Assembly (NCBI RefSeq): GCF_006345805.1
Contig: NC_043000.1
Coordinates: 148,738,001-148,802,000, forward strand
Direction of reading: 5' to 3'
Source: Octopus sinensis
Taxonomy: Eukaryota
Length of the DNA stretch: 64,000 nucleotides
Below the pieces are notes generated by a model, which was not told where the DNA came from, ran no database searches, and saw only the letters and a list, made by a program, of their open reading frames with translations. A program made the position numbers and the translations under genes. Shown here piece after piece: positions 38,572-50,795 of this stretch (the stretch's first letter is position 1; every line of letters begins with the position of its first letter).

Positions 38572-38930
38572 CTTCTCACCAAAATTAAGAAGAAAAAAAA
38601 CATTTTAAAAATCAGTTGTTGTGTTTTCATGTAATATTTCAGATTTTTTAAAAATGTAGAAATGTTCCAAAATATAACAAAAGTCAACACTTAAAAGTCT
38701 AGTTTATATAGACTTTTAACAAAAGAACATATATCAACATATTTACTAGCTGGAAATACCTATTTCTCATAATAGGTATAGTGACAATATTGCTTGATTT
38801 AATTGTCTAAAAATGCTTATTGACACTTACTCATCTCCTCAGTTTTACATATTTTCTCATTATTGTCTGTTACTGTCTTTGCTTTTCTACAATTATAAAG
38901 TATTCTATTTTGATTTCAATACCAAACAGT

Positions 38931-39342
38931 ACTCTCTTTACTCTTTTACTTGTTTCAGTCATTTGATTGCGGCCATGCTGGAGCACCGCCTTTAATCGAG
39001 CAACTCGGCCCTGGGACTTATTCTTTTGTAAGCCAGTACTTATTCTATCAGTCTCTTTTTGCCGAACCGCTAAGTAACGGGGATGTAAACACACCAGCAT
39101 CGGTTGTCAAGCAATGCTAGGGGGACAAACACAGACACACAAACACACACACGCATATATATATATATACATATATACGACAGGCCTCTTTCAGTTTCCG
39201 TCTACCAAATCCACTCACAAGGCTTTGGTCGGCCCAAGGCTATATAGTAGAAGACACTTGCCCAAGGTGCCACGTAGTGGGACTGAACCCGGAACCATGT
39301 GGTTGGTAAACAAGCTACTTACCACACAGCCACTCCTGCGCC
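38931..39342 (-). mobile_element. SINE family B
   Basis: Full-length match. Confidence 0.88.
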
Positions 39343-40272
39343 TATGTCTTTTGTGAGAAGAGAAACTCATTTATATCAAGACAAAATCCTATAAATGTTT
39401 GTAACATGCTATAATTACTGCTTCAGTTCACAATCAACGGACCAAGACATGATATCCGGTTGTCATCAGCCTACAGTAATACATCAAGTGTACACCAAAT
39501 AGCTGATACTGCTAAAACCAGCCCTTAAATAATTGAAGTCATGTTTCTAATCTCAGATACAAGTTCTAAATTTCATAACAAGAGCCTGAAACACACACAT
39601 GGAAAGGCTATATAAATATTCAATCAAGCTTTGAATTCCTCACTGAGTTACTACACTGTATGACAATATTTTTGTCCTTTGGTAGTAACTGCTATTTCCT
39701 ATTTGCTTACCCCTAGAAAGTATGAAAAAGGGCTAATATTTCTTTCAAACTTTGCTTTTGTCATACTTATTCAAACCTCTAAAGAATCCCTCTCAACACA
39801 TGGCTATGATGCACCCACAAATACTCCTGCTCGTGAGCAGAAATGCACATATTGTCAGCCACTAAGGGACATGCTCAACTGGTTATGGTCAAGCAACTGA
39901 CAAGAAAATCTGTGGTATAGAGCAGAACATTTGCTGTACCGATATTTCTGCTTCAGCAACTCAGTGCTGAAATGTAATGGAAAATAGGTCAGTTTCAAAA
40001 CTTTGATGTCATAAAAGCAAAATTAGAAGGGAACAGTAGTCATTTCCTTTGATTTCTAAATAGAAGCAAAATGGAAATGACCAAAGACAAAAAAAAATTT
40101 TGTTACACAAATATACTAAATTTAAAGGCAATTTAGAATTCATTTGTTTCAATCCTAAAAATATAATTTGATTAAATGTTCACTTTATAAAAAGGCAATA
40201 TACAATGAACTACACCAACATCTCACTATCCACTGCCAGCAAGTAAATATATATAAAAAAAAATTTTTTAGA

Positions 40273-40444
40273 AGGAGTGGCTGTGTGGTAAGTAGCTTGC
40301 TAACCAATCACATGGTTCCGGGTTCAGTCCCACTGCGTGGCACCTTGGGCAAGTGTCTTCTGCTATAGCCCCAGGCCGAACAATGTCTTGTGAGTGGATT
40401 TGGTAGACGGAAACTGAAAGAAGCCTGTCATATATATGTATATG

Positions 40445-40475
<31 letters not shown>

Positions 40476-40700
40476 ATGTGTTTGTGTGTCTGTATTTTTC
40501 CCCCTAGCATTGCTTGACAACCGATGCTGGTGTGTTTACGTCCCCGTCACTTAGCGGTTCAGCAAAAGAGACCGATAGAATAAGTACTGGGCTTACAAAG
40601 AATAAGTCTTGGGGTCAATTTGCTTGTCTAAAAAGGCGGTGCTCCAGCATGGCCGCAGTCAAATGACTGAAACAAGTAAAAGAGTAAAGAGAGTAAAAAG
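40273..40700 (+). mobile_element. SINE family B (older diverged copy follows at about 40945-41345)
   Basis: Full-length match. Confidence 0.87.
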
Positions 40701-41719
40701 AGTATATTAATAGTTATCGCCAAGCTAATATGGCAGTCCATAAATATAGGGTGAAAGCTGCCGTTGATTAGCTCCAAGAGGCCATCGCCTCTAGCTAGCT
40801 ATGTGACACACAAACCTGTGTCCATTATAACCTTCGAACAGAGGAGGTCAGTCGCTTCCCCTTTTTATAGAAAGCTTTGAACTAAATTGACATGATAGTG
40901 TGATTAATAATAAAGACAGAACAGTGTATCAATGGACAGGAGTGGCAGTGTGGTAATAAGCTTTTTTCGCAGTCACATGGTTTTAGGTTCAGTCCCACTG
41001 CGTGATACCTTGGACAAGTCTCTTCTACAGCCTTGGGCTAACCAAAACCTTGTAAGTGGATTTGGTAGACGGAAACTGAAAAGAAGCTCATCATGTATGT
41101 ATGTATGTAACTTTGTGTGTGTGTGTGTGTGTTTTTGTGTCTATGTTTGTCCTCCACCAGTGCTTGACAACCAGTGTTTGTATGTTTACATTCCTGTAAC
41201 TTAGCAGGTCAGTAAAAGAGACCAATAAAATAAGTACCAGGCTTAAAAAAATTAAGTACTGGGGTCAATTCATTCAACTAAAAATTTTTGAAGGTGATGC
41301 CCCAGCATGGCCATGGTCTAACAACTGAAACAAGTAAAAAATAAAAGATAACAATTAGAACAAGGCAACACCAATGTCCTCTCAACAAGTAGCCAGAGAT
41401 GATTTTTAAAATGAGAATATCTGAAATAAACTCGACTGCTCTCATAAACAAGAATACTAAAAATGAACCCAACCACTCTCAAAAATTAAGTAAAAAAACT
41501 GGAAAAAGAATCCTTGTCCGATACTTGATTGATCCCAAAATCTAATCAGTTTGTGCCAGTCACAAGGCCAAACATCCCTGAAAGTTTCATCTGAATCCAT
41601 CCAGTGGTTCTTCAGATATCTCGTCCATGGACAAACAAACACAACTGAAAACAATACCCCCGCCTTTGCTAAGGCAGAGATAATAAGAAAGTAATGAGAA
41701 TTAACATTATAATACTTAC

Positions 41720-42103
41720 AGAATGTTCCTGTTTGTCTTCTAATGTAATTGGTGACAGCATCTTTAACATATCTTCATCAGAGGTGTGACTTTGACAAGG
41801 CTTATTTGAAACAGACTGTCCCTTTTTTAAAATACTAACTCTGCCTTCCTTGTGCTGCTGCTCAGATTGACTCACAGATGAAGTAGTTGGTAAGTCAATA
41901 GAAGAGGATTTTACCGTGAGACTGTTAAAGCAACTACTGTTGTTACTGCTGCCTTTACTGTCAGAATGAGACAATGAGCTAACATCAGCATACTCCCCAG
42001 ATGTCAGTGAAGTTGGACTACAAAATGATGTCTCTTTTGATGAATTTAAATACTTGAATTCTTCATTACGAGTACTTTTAATAACAACTGGATCATTTTT
42101 CTC
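41720..42103 (-). CDS. TP53BP1: 53BP1 exon (EKNDPVVIK...SPTSLTSGEYADVSSLS...)
   Basis: AATTCTAG acceptor, TCT|GTAAGT donor, 384 nt; SGEYADVSS resembles vertebrate SGDLGDISS after the oligomerisation domain. Confidence 0.88.
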
Positions 42104-42228
42104 CTAGAATTAGCAAAGTAAAATTCAAAGAAAAACTGAATAAGAGATAAAGAAAATAATGATGTCATGCAAATTTTCTTAGTCTAATTTAATATCAATA
42201 TTTTTTTACAAGAAGAACATTTTTACTC

Positions 42229-42457
42229 TTAACCCTTTTGTTACCAACCCGGCTGAAACCAGCTCTGACTCTCACTACAAATTATCTTATTTTCAAAAGT
42301 TTTCAATTAAAATCTTTCATCAAACCTTAGCCACAATTTCTGATCCTAACACTAGCTTAATGATAACTAAGTTATTTTACTAAATCCTTTGTTATATTTA
42401 AAGTAATTGAAAGAAACACAGAGCATCTCAAATTAAATACAGTAACGAAAGGGTTAA
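42229..42457. mobile_element. piggyBac-like MITE (subfamily B)
   Basis: TTAACCCTTTTGTTAC...GTAACGAAAGGGTTAA; reverse complement of 55883-56111. Confidence 0.82.
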
Positions 42458-43324
42458 GTTAAATATAGAAGACATTTTTCTGTGGTTAAACAGAAAAAAG
42501 ATAAAGACTTGCAGATTTCCTTAATTAGTAATGCTATAAAAAAGGCTCTCTTTCCTCTTTCTTAGGCATAATTCAATTTATGTTCTAACAAACTAATAAT
42601 AATTTTATTTTATAAGTTAGTTAGTCAAGGGTTGGTTAAGTCTTGCAAAAGAGCCAACTCAGCTAAAAACAAAATATTATGGTGACAAGTTTTCAGTAGA
42701 TTCTAGTTTCATCTGATACTGAAATAAAATATGCTCACTAAAACTAACACTAGAACTACGAAAGAAAAATTATAGAGCTATATATAATATTAAAAAATAT
42801 TAAACAATGAGACACTTTTCCATTTTTTTTTTTGTCCGTTAATAAAGTAGGTTTCAATATTAAAGAGATCTGGCAGTGAAACTACAGATCCAGGTCAAAA
42901 ATATAACCAGTTTATCTCAGTTTCTAGAAGGTAACAATATTTACAGAATTTATTGTTTGAAAGCTGAGAGAAATGCTAATATGTATTTCTTCTTCAAAAT
43001 ACTGGGTTAAGAAATGGCCCTTTAATCATCAATTGTTTGCTATTTTCTGTGCGAATACTTGACCTTTTAATTTCATCTACATTGAGTTTTTCATATACAC
43101 CCCCTACCACATATCCAAAATATCCATTCATTCTAAAATTATTTGATACAGAAGAAAGCAATGTCATATATAAAGAAATTGTTCCTCCTTTTATTGAACA
43201 TCTTTTATATTGCTAGTAAACAAATACCTAACAAAAATAGCATAATGTGATAAAAATTTGTGAATATGGAAGTTTTAATATTGTTTTTCCCTCACAAAGT
43301 ATTAACTTATTGATGAGTACTTAC

Positions 43325-43444
43325 CACAACAACTCGGCGATCAATAACTTGAGAATTTCTCAACATTTCTATGGTGGTTTTACGGTACACAATCTGTACA
43401 GTAGTTTCTTCCGTAATTTTTCTTTGAAAAACCTTTTTAAGATT
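43325..43444 (-). CDS. TP53BP1: 53BP1 exon, oligomerisation-domain region (NLKKVFQRKITEETTVQIVYRKTTIEMLRNSQVIDRRVVV)
   Basis: CTGCAG acceptor, GTG|GTAAGT donor; alternating beta-strand pattern typical of the 53BP1 oligomerisation domain. Confidence 0.87.
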
Positions 43445-43739
43445 CTGCAGATTAAAGACATAATAAAATAATATCACAGCAAATGAAATATTAATTTTAA
43501 ATTTTGTCACAAGGCCAGCAAGTTCAGGGCAAGGGATAAGTCAATTACATCAACCTGAGCACTTAACTGGTACTTATTTTGTTGACCTTGAAGGGATGAA
43601 AGGCAAAACCAACCCCAGCAGAATTTAAACTCAGAACGCATATATGGACGAAATGCCAACAAACATATCACACTGTGGGCTAATGATTCTGCCAGCTCAC
43701 TGCTTTTCAAATAACAAAATATTAACAAGAGTGGAGTAA

Positions 43740-44410
43740 CAAGAGTAGAGTGAGAGAAGTTTGGGAGGAGTTTTATTGCAGGTGTGCAGCATGAAGCTGA
43801 AGGCAAATATGATGGCTTTTATAGACTGATTATTACCCATGGAAAGTGGTGAGAAGGAAGGTTTTTGCAGAGGTTATCAGCAAAGACCTATCAGAAGTCT
43901 GAGCATTTCATGGATTGAAGTGACCAGAGAACTCAAGGAATGTAAGAATACTGTACAATAAGAAAAAATGAGATGTACTGCTCCAGTTAGGCTGTACTCA
44001 GATGATCTAATAAGTGCTGAGATAGTGATGGATGTACAAAGGTTGGTTTTGGATGTGAAAAGGTCAAAGGTGTTTGAAGTCAGAGATATAGTTGGCTGAG
44101 GAACCTAACTGGCACAGCTTGCTCAGAACGGCAAACTACTCAGCCTTTGTTAGAGTAGTATTAATGGGAAAGGTGGGAGAGCTAAGAAGAGTTGTGAGCC
44201 TAAGTGACTACAGATGATAATTTTAGAGAAAGGTGAGTTGAGATAAATATCTAGAACACAATATGAGGCATAGTATTACACTTTGGCAAAACTCTGGAAA
44301 GTAGCAGAGACAGCAGAAGAATTTAGAGAAACAAAAAAGACGGACTAAGTAAGAATAACTGGAAGATTTTTGCTTGTGATATCCAGAAGGAGAGATGTGT
44401 GGTTGAGAGG
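43740..44410 (-). mobile_element. Highly degraded LINE remnant
   Basis: Composition and motifs resemble the EN-RT linker of the LINE at 60.5-63.5 kb; no intact frame. Confidence 0.4.
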
Positions 44411-44540
44411 CTAAATTCTATATACATATTTATATATATATTGGTAAAAACGGTAAGATAACAAAAGAAAGAAAGAGACCTCAATATTATGTAAATAGAG
44501 GAAATTTATCTGTAAAATAACATGTGACAATTATTTGGTA

Positions 44541-44610
44541 GCCAAGATAAAACTCTGAGTTTCGGATGCCGAAGTGGAAATCCACAACACCATCTCTTCG
44601 GTTATCTGGC
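44541..44610 (-). ncRNA. Degenerate type I hammerhead in a PLE-like 3' remnant (about 44430-44750)
   Basis: Minus strand: GCCAGATAA CCGAAGA GATG..CATC C GAA ACTC-A-GAGT T TTATCTTGGC; U4C core change. Confidence 0.55.
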
Positions 44611-45190
44611 CATCGGAAAAACGCTTTTTCAGATGGCCAGATTACTACTCAGTAATAATATATTCTTTCCAACAATTAACCAAATATTGCATGCAAAAGA
44701 ATTAAAATGAAATAATATGATTTACATACGGTATAAAGTGACCCTTGTTGTTGCTGCTGTTCCTTGGTTTGTGAGCCACTGTCACTAGAACTGGGGGTTT
44801 TATTACCGTTGTTATGCGTTTTAGAAGATAAAATGGACTCAATATCTTTATGGGATGGAACTTTTAAGAATGCTGGATTGCTGTGCAGCGTGAGGGGATT
44901 ACGAGCCCTTTTACGTATAGCTTCAAACCGTACTCTATAGACAGGACTTTGACGGTCTTTGCGAATACCTCGACAGCGAGAAAAAATTGAGCTCTTTTTT
45001 GGCAGCAGTTTCTTGGCACTTTTCTTTTGTGTAGACTTACTGGCAAACTGTAATCAGAATGAAATAAATAATCTGGTTAGTAAAATCACCAATGAAATAA
45101 ATGTGTAATAAAATATGCTAAGTGATAAAAAAAAAAATGTAATGCAAGATATGTGACCAAGAAGAACAGCAATGAATATCAACTTTCTTA

Positions 45191-45335
45191 TATTAGGTTG
45201 TCCCAAAAGTTCGTAAACACTTGCGAAAATTGAATTTTTACTCGCCAAGTACTAACAAAAACAATAAAAATTATTCCTCAAAATAAAGACCATTATTTTC
45301 CAAGACTTTCTACGAACTTTTGGGACAACCTTATA
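45191..45335. mobile_element. mariner-type MITE
   Basis: TIRs TATTAGGTTGTCCCAAAAGTTCGTA / TACGAACTTTTGGGACAACCTTATA. Confidence 0.85.
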
Positions 45336-46208
45336 TTATTGTTTAACACAGAATAAATTTATGCTACTATAAATTTTGAATCCTTTTCTCTGCATATCTC
45401 TCATATAAAATCCGTTCTCTCTCTCTCTCTCTGTGCGTGCCTGCGAGCGTGTGTGTGTGTGTGGCTTCTAGGATCTCGGGTATCCTCCATCCGATTGTGC
45501 TCAAATTTGATATGTAGATACCGATGGTATCAGGGCGTGTATAAGTCTTGAAAAAATTACAAAAATCGATTCCAGGTGAGAATGCAATCAATAAAGCCAT
45601 GGGAAATCGTTTTACTTTGGAATAGAAAAAAAAAGTCTATCTTTATTTCTTCTTTTGCTGGTGTCTCAAATTTAGGTTCAATCAGTGTTTCTCAAAGAGG
45701 AGGCTTATGGGACAGTCGGACAAGTTGTTTTAAGAAAATTTGGATTAGATGTTTGACAAATCAGCACTGTCCATTGGACGGGGGGCGTTTTGCTCATATT
45801 CTATAAAAAGTTAAGCTGTTTTAAAACATTTTTTCATCTCTTTTGCAGTATCAGTTTCTATCATTAATGTACAATGAACAAATTACATGCTAACCTCCAA
45901 TTTTTATGTTCTAAAGTGTTATATGTTAGATAGATAATGTTGTTTTGCAGCCAGGCAATAACAAACAGGCCTTGAAAGTTCCAAATTCACATGTTTGTGT
46001 CCAATGTAACACGAGAAAAGAATGTACTCCAAACATAGTCACTTATTAACACACATGTGTGTTATCATTACCATCACTGCATTCAGATTATTACTAAGTC
46101 CACAGTCACTAATACAAAAGTAAGATAAAATAAAGCGACCAACTAGAAGCATTTAAATTGTCATGAACTAAGAAGATATATTGGAATTATTTTTTTTTTT
46201 ACATGTAC

Positions 46209-47399
46209 CTTTTGACGTTTTCTTGACGTAACAATAGTAGACTTGCTTTTAAGTTGAGAATCTGGGAATAAATACGGATCATTGGAAGTGCATGCACCAA
46301 CATTTACATCTTGTGTCGTATCAATCTGTGCCTCAGGATTTGGTACAGTGTTTGTTACATTATCAACTGGTTGCACAATAGCAATGTCATCTTGTTGAAC
46401 AAATTGAGTTTCTGAATCCTGGTTGTCCTTAGCTACAAGAGGAGAATATTGTTTTTTTCCTAAGATGTCTATTGGTGTTTTCATCATACCAGTAACTGTC
46501 ATTTCTGCTGTTGGCGTCACAAGGGGTTTAACAGGCATTAATTCTGTAACAGTGCTAGATGTTTCACCCATGCTGCATGAAGCCTGTCCAGGCACCGATG
46601 CCGATACCACTTTACCAAGACATTCTGATGGTTGCCTTTTGTTAGGCTGAGATATTGAAACACCTTTTCCTGTTTTATTTCCAATTAACATTTGATTAGA
46701 CACATTGTAAACCTTCATTTCATCTTCTTCTTCTTCTTCTTCTTCATAAGGCATGATGGATTCTTTGGCATTGGAATTATTATTTTGGCTTGAAGTTGAT
46801 GTAAGCCTTGCACATAGATTATTGTCAGGCATCGTGGTTGCATGATCATAAGAATTTGGGGAATTATCACTTGGCTGACCTACTGGTTCGGATTTTGAGG
46901 AAATGTTACAATTTCCTTTAGAGATTAATTTATCTGGGAGAGATGCTGGTTTTCGCTTTTCTTGTTCACCGTGAAAGCTGCCATTAGAATCTCCAGCTCT
47001 AATGTCTATAACTCCCTGACTAAAAGACTGTGGTTTGGCAGAAGGATGTTTTTCTCCTTTGTGAATTAAAGAAAAAGACTTATTTGAAGACAATGTATCT
47101 TTCTTCTCTTGAATCTTAGTAAAAGTCTTTTGTTGACAACTATCAAGAATTGGTTTTTTATGTAAATCAGCCTCATTTATCCTCTTTTCATTAGATATTT
47201 TAGAAGCAAAACCTTCAGTTGAAGACATTGCTGATACAGGGAATTCACTTTTCTGTTGATCTTTTTGGGAACTTTTACCGGGTAATGGATCATACAGGTC
47301 TTTCTGTCGGGACTTAAAGAAATGTTCTGAATCAAATGGATTGGCTTCTGTAAACGATTCTAATGGTTTCAACTGAGATGGACGATCCTCTTTTTGTGG
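46209..47399 (-). CDS. TP53BP1: 53BP1 large disordered exon (397 codons, acidic poly-E tract)
   Basis: ORF 46161..47405; TTTACATTTGCAG acceptor, AAG|GTACAT donor; phase 0-0. Confidence 0.9.
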
Positions 47400-47561
47400 C
47401 TGCAAATGTAAAGAGTAAAATCAGAAAATAATGAAACTATACAAGCAAAAGAGGCAATAAAAAAGAACAATATATTATTAAACCAAGTGATTCATGAAGT
47501 ATTTTCAAATAAAGTAAACTAATGAAGAAATTGATGCAAGACAGCAAAGGAAATGCATATT

Positions 47562-47955
47562 TCATCATCATCATCATCCTCATCATCATCATTTAGCATC
47601 CGCTTTCCCTGCTAGCATGGGTTGGACGGTTCAACTGGGGTCTGGGAAGCCAGAAGGCTGCACCAGGCTCCAGTCTGATCTGGCAATGTTTCTACGGCTG
47701 GATGCCCTTCCTAATGCCAACCACTCCGTGAGTGTAGTGGGTGCTTTTTACGTACCACCAGCACAGGTGCCAGACGGGGCTGGCAAACGGCCACGGTCGG
47801 ATGGTGCTTTTTACGTGCCACCGGCACAGGTGCCAGACGAGGCTGGCAAACGGCCACGGTCGGATGGTGCTTTTTACGTGCCACCGGCACAGGTGCCAGA
47901 CGGGGCTGGCAAACGGCCACGGACGGATGGTGCTTTTTACGTGCCACCGGCATGG
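47562..47955 (-). mobile_element. Family A element with 63-bp tandem sub-repeats
   Basis: GTGCTTTTTACG at 47741, 47804, 47867 and 47930; other copies at about 48180-48420(+), 56143-56342(-) and 58560-58830(+). Confidence 0.82.
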
Positions 47956-48369
47956 ACAATATAAAAATGACTGTTCAGATATAGTAATTTCTTGGAATTA
48001 CCATTTTTTCTCTCTCTCTCTTCTCTCCTTTTCCAACTGGAGTAGCCATGTATCTCCTCTACTACAAGACACCTATTCTTGTCTCTCTATCATACTCTAA
48101 CCTATCATCATCTAGCACAAAGATCTCTCCCTTAATACTACTCCAACCTCAGTTGAGGGACTCTTGTCTTGCAAGTTATTTTATGACCTCACTCATGCTG
48201 GCGCCACATAAAAAGGCATCGGTACACTCAGTAAAGTGGTTGGCATTGGGAGGGGCATTCAGCCATAGGAACCATATTAGCAGAGAGTAGAGGTTAGTGC
48301 AGTTATCTGGCATGCCAGCTCCCATGTCAAAAACATCTAACCCATGCCAACATGGAAGACAGACATTTA

Positions 48370-48409
<40 letters not shown>

Positions 48410-48489
48410 CGATGATGATGGTATCAAAGTTACATGAACCAAATCTAATCGTTATTATGTAATATTTTATGTACAAATTAATATTATAC

Positions 48490-48556
48490 CTGGGTTTTAT
48501 GTGGATTAGCTGCACTCGAAGGTGACAATGTCTGCTGAGAAGATTCACTATTTGAC
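48490..48556 (-). CDS. TP53BP1: 53BP1 small exon (SNSESSQQTLSPSSAANPHKTQ)
   Basis: ATTTTGACAG acceptor, CAG|GTATAA donor; 67 nt gives the required phase 2->0 bridge. Confidence 0.78.
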
Positions 48557-49811
48557 CTGTCAAAATATCAGATAATAAAACTGAGAAAGAATGCAATCAA
48601 AGGAGGCAGGTCATATTCCCTAGGAGAGAATTTACAGATGTAAACCCTGTAACACTATGGAACACAAGTGTTTTTTTTGGGGGGGGGGGTTCAGTTATAA
48701 ACAACCTTGACAGATATACCCTATCAGCCTAAAATAAGAAATTTATATCCCTATTAATGTGATGCTTGCTTGATGGTTGACATCTTTTTAGGGAATTTTG
48801 AGCCAACATGAAAAATCTCTAGTATGAAATTGAATCAGAATACACATCAAAAGGCTACATTTGTCATTCAAATTGAAGAGATTCACATTGTCTCTAAGGT
48901 CATCGTGCAAAAGCAGTGTTGACTAATTTTGCGGTCAGACAAGTTTTTCATAATATCAGGAGAATGTTTACAGGTTAAATATTCACAAATTTATTTCTGT
49001 AAATATTTGTGAATAATCACAAGTGTATTCTTGTAAATATTTGTCTGAATCTCAGAAGATTGGTAAACAAACAAATGATATAGAGAAATAACAAGAATAC
49101 TATCCATCAACATTATTGAAGAAAATTTAATGCACAGGGGAAATCTTCTATGTAAGAAGATTTAATAAAGATTAATATTTAGGACTGATAAAGAAAAATA
49201 TTAAATGTTAAAAATTAAACATGAAACTAGTGTTGTGATAGAACAAGGAAGCATAGTAAAAGATATCTAAAAAATGAAAATTATCAGAAATTACTAAGAA
49301 TGCAGAAAAGCAAAGAGAAGTAAGTCTCTGGTATATAAAGCAAATATAAAACTGTATATTATGATGATAGGAATTAATCAAGACAATTATTTACATCCAT
49401 AATCCTTCTCCAAATTCTACTGAAGGCAGTGAACTGACAGAATCATTATCACACAAGACAAAATGCTTAGCAGGATTTCTTCTGGTTTTACATTCTGAGT
49501 TGAAGTTCTACTGAGGTCAACTTTGCTTTTCATTCTTTAGGGGTTGATAAAATAAGTACCAGCTGAGCACTAGAGTCAATGTAATTGAGTAGCACCCTCC
49601 CCTCAAAATTTCAGGCCTTGTGCCTACAGTACAAATAATTACTCAGTTAATCTTCAAATAATGATCTTTATGAGGATAGTAATCACACTAACATTCATCT
49701 AAATACAACGGCAGAAACAGTTGATCCTGTTTTATATTATTGTTGTATCATATTCAATCGCCACTGCTCTAAGTTGAAATTTCATTTGAGATCAACTTTT
49801 AATAAATAAGT

Positions 49812-50282
49812 GTGGAGTCTACATTTCACCAGAAATTATACATAATCCACCACAAAGTCCAGTTCTTGCTGTGTAGTGGCTTGAGTGCCTCATTGACCCA
49901 GAGAAGCAAGCCAGTGGGGCACAAGCTCCTGGTAGGGTTTCCCGTGCTGGACTGGTCAAAAGCTGAAGCCATATTGATACAAACGACCTCTTCCCAGATG
50001 TAAAAGTTGGTTTGCATAGGGCCAACACCCCTACCTAGGAAAAAGGCGAAGTTACTGAAGCATCAATGACAATTCTACATCAACAAGACCTGGAAAAGGA
50101 AGGCCTTTCCTCAGGGAAATATATGATGTGGTGCAGCAAAATCCTGAAGGAAACAGAACTGAAAAAGCCAGGATCCAATAGAGAGAAGCAGAAAAAGCAG
50201 CCCAGAGTTGAGAATAGTGGAGAAAAGTCATTAAAGGCCTATGCTTCATTGAGAGTGAAGGGCTTAAATAAGTAAATAAGTA
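49812..50282 (+). mobile_element. Non-autonomous RTE-like retroelement remnant
   Basis: RTE-like 5' UTR motifs (GACTGGTCAAA...CCCCTACCTAGGAAAAA) and a (TAAG)-type tail; recognised by pattern only. Confidence 0.45.
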
Positions 50283-50422
50283 TTATACACAATAGCCAAT
50301 TCATTACAAAAAAATATTTTTGTGCTTGATTAAAAGAAACTAAAGTTAATTAATATATAATTCTGTAAATGTAGTAGTAAAATTAAGACAGACAACTAGG
50401 AATATATTTTTCATTTACTTAC

Positions 50423-50795
50423 AGCTGAGGCATAGAATCTTGGTAATTCTTCATCTTATCACTGGCAGAACTACTAAGACCACTCCATTTCTGTGAGGTC
50501 TGAGAATCAGATGAATTAGCAAGATCACTTCTTTTCTGTGAAGTCTGAGAAACAGATAGATGACCAAAACCACTCCCTTTTTGTGAAGTCTGAGAAATAG
50601 ACAGTTGACCAAAACCACTCCCTTTTTGTGAAGTCTGAGAAACAGACAGTTGACCAAAACCACTACTTTTTTGTGAAGTCTGAGAAACAGGAGTTTTTCT
50701 AACACTACTTTTATTTTGCGGTGTCTTAGAAAAAGATGGATTATGAAAACTGCTTCCTGGTGACACTTTTGGCAAATTAAGGGTGAACTCAAGAA
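50423..50795 (-). CDS. TP53BP1: 53BP1 exon containing 45-bp SQTSQK repeats
   Basis: ORF 50419..50805; TTTGGTTTCAG acceptor, CT|GTAAGT donor; phase 1->2. Confidence 0.88.

Noticed and set aside
38831-38886. Extra exon candidate (TTGTAG...GTAAGT, open as KAKTVTDNNEKICKTEEM)
   Set aside because: Its phases (2->1) fit neither neighbour without further unseen exons; left out pending RNA-seq.
46423-46650. Plus-strand ORFs overlapping 53BP1 exons (also 15162, 17167, 18835, 43247)
   Set aside because: Antisense shadows of the real coding exons.
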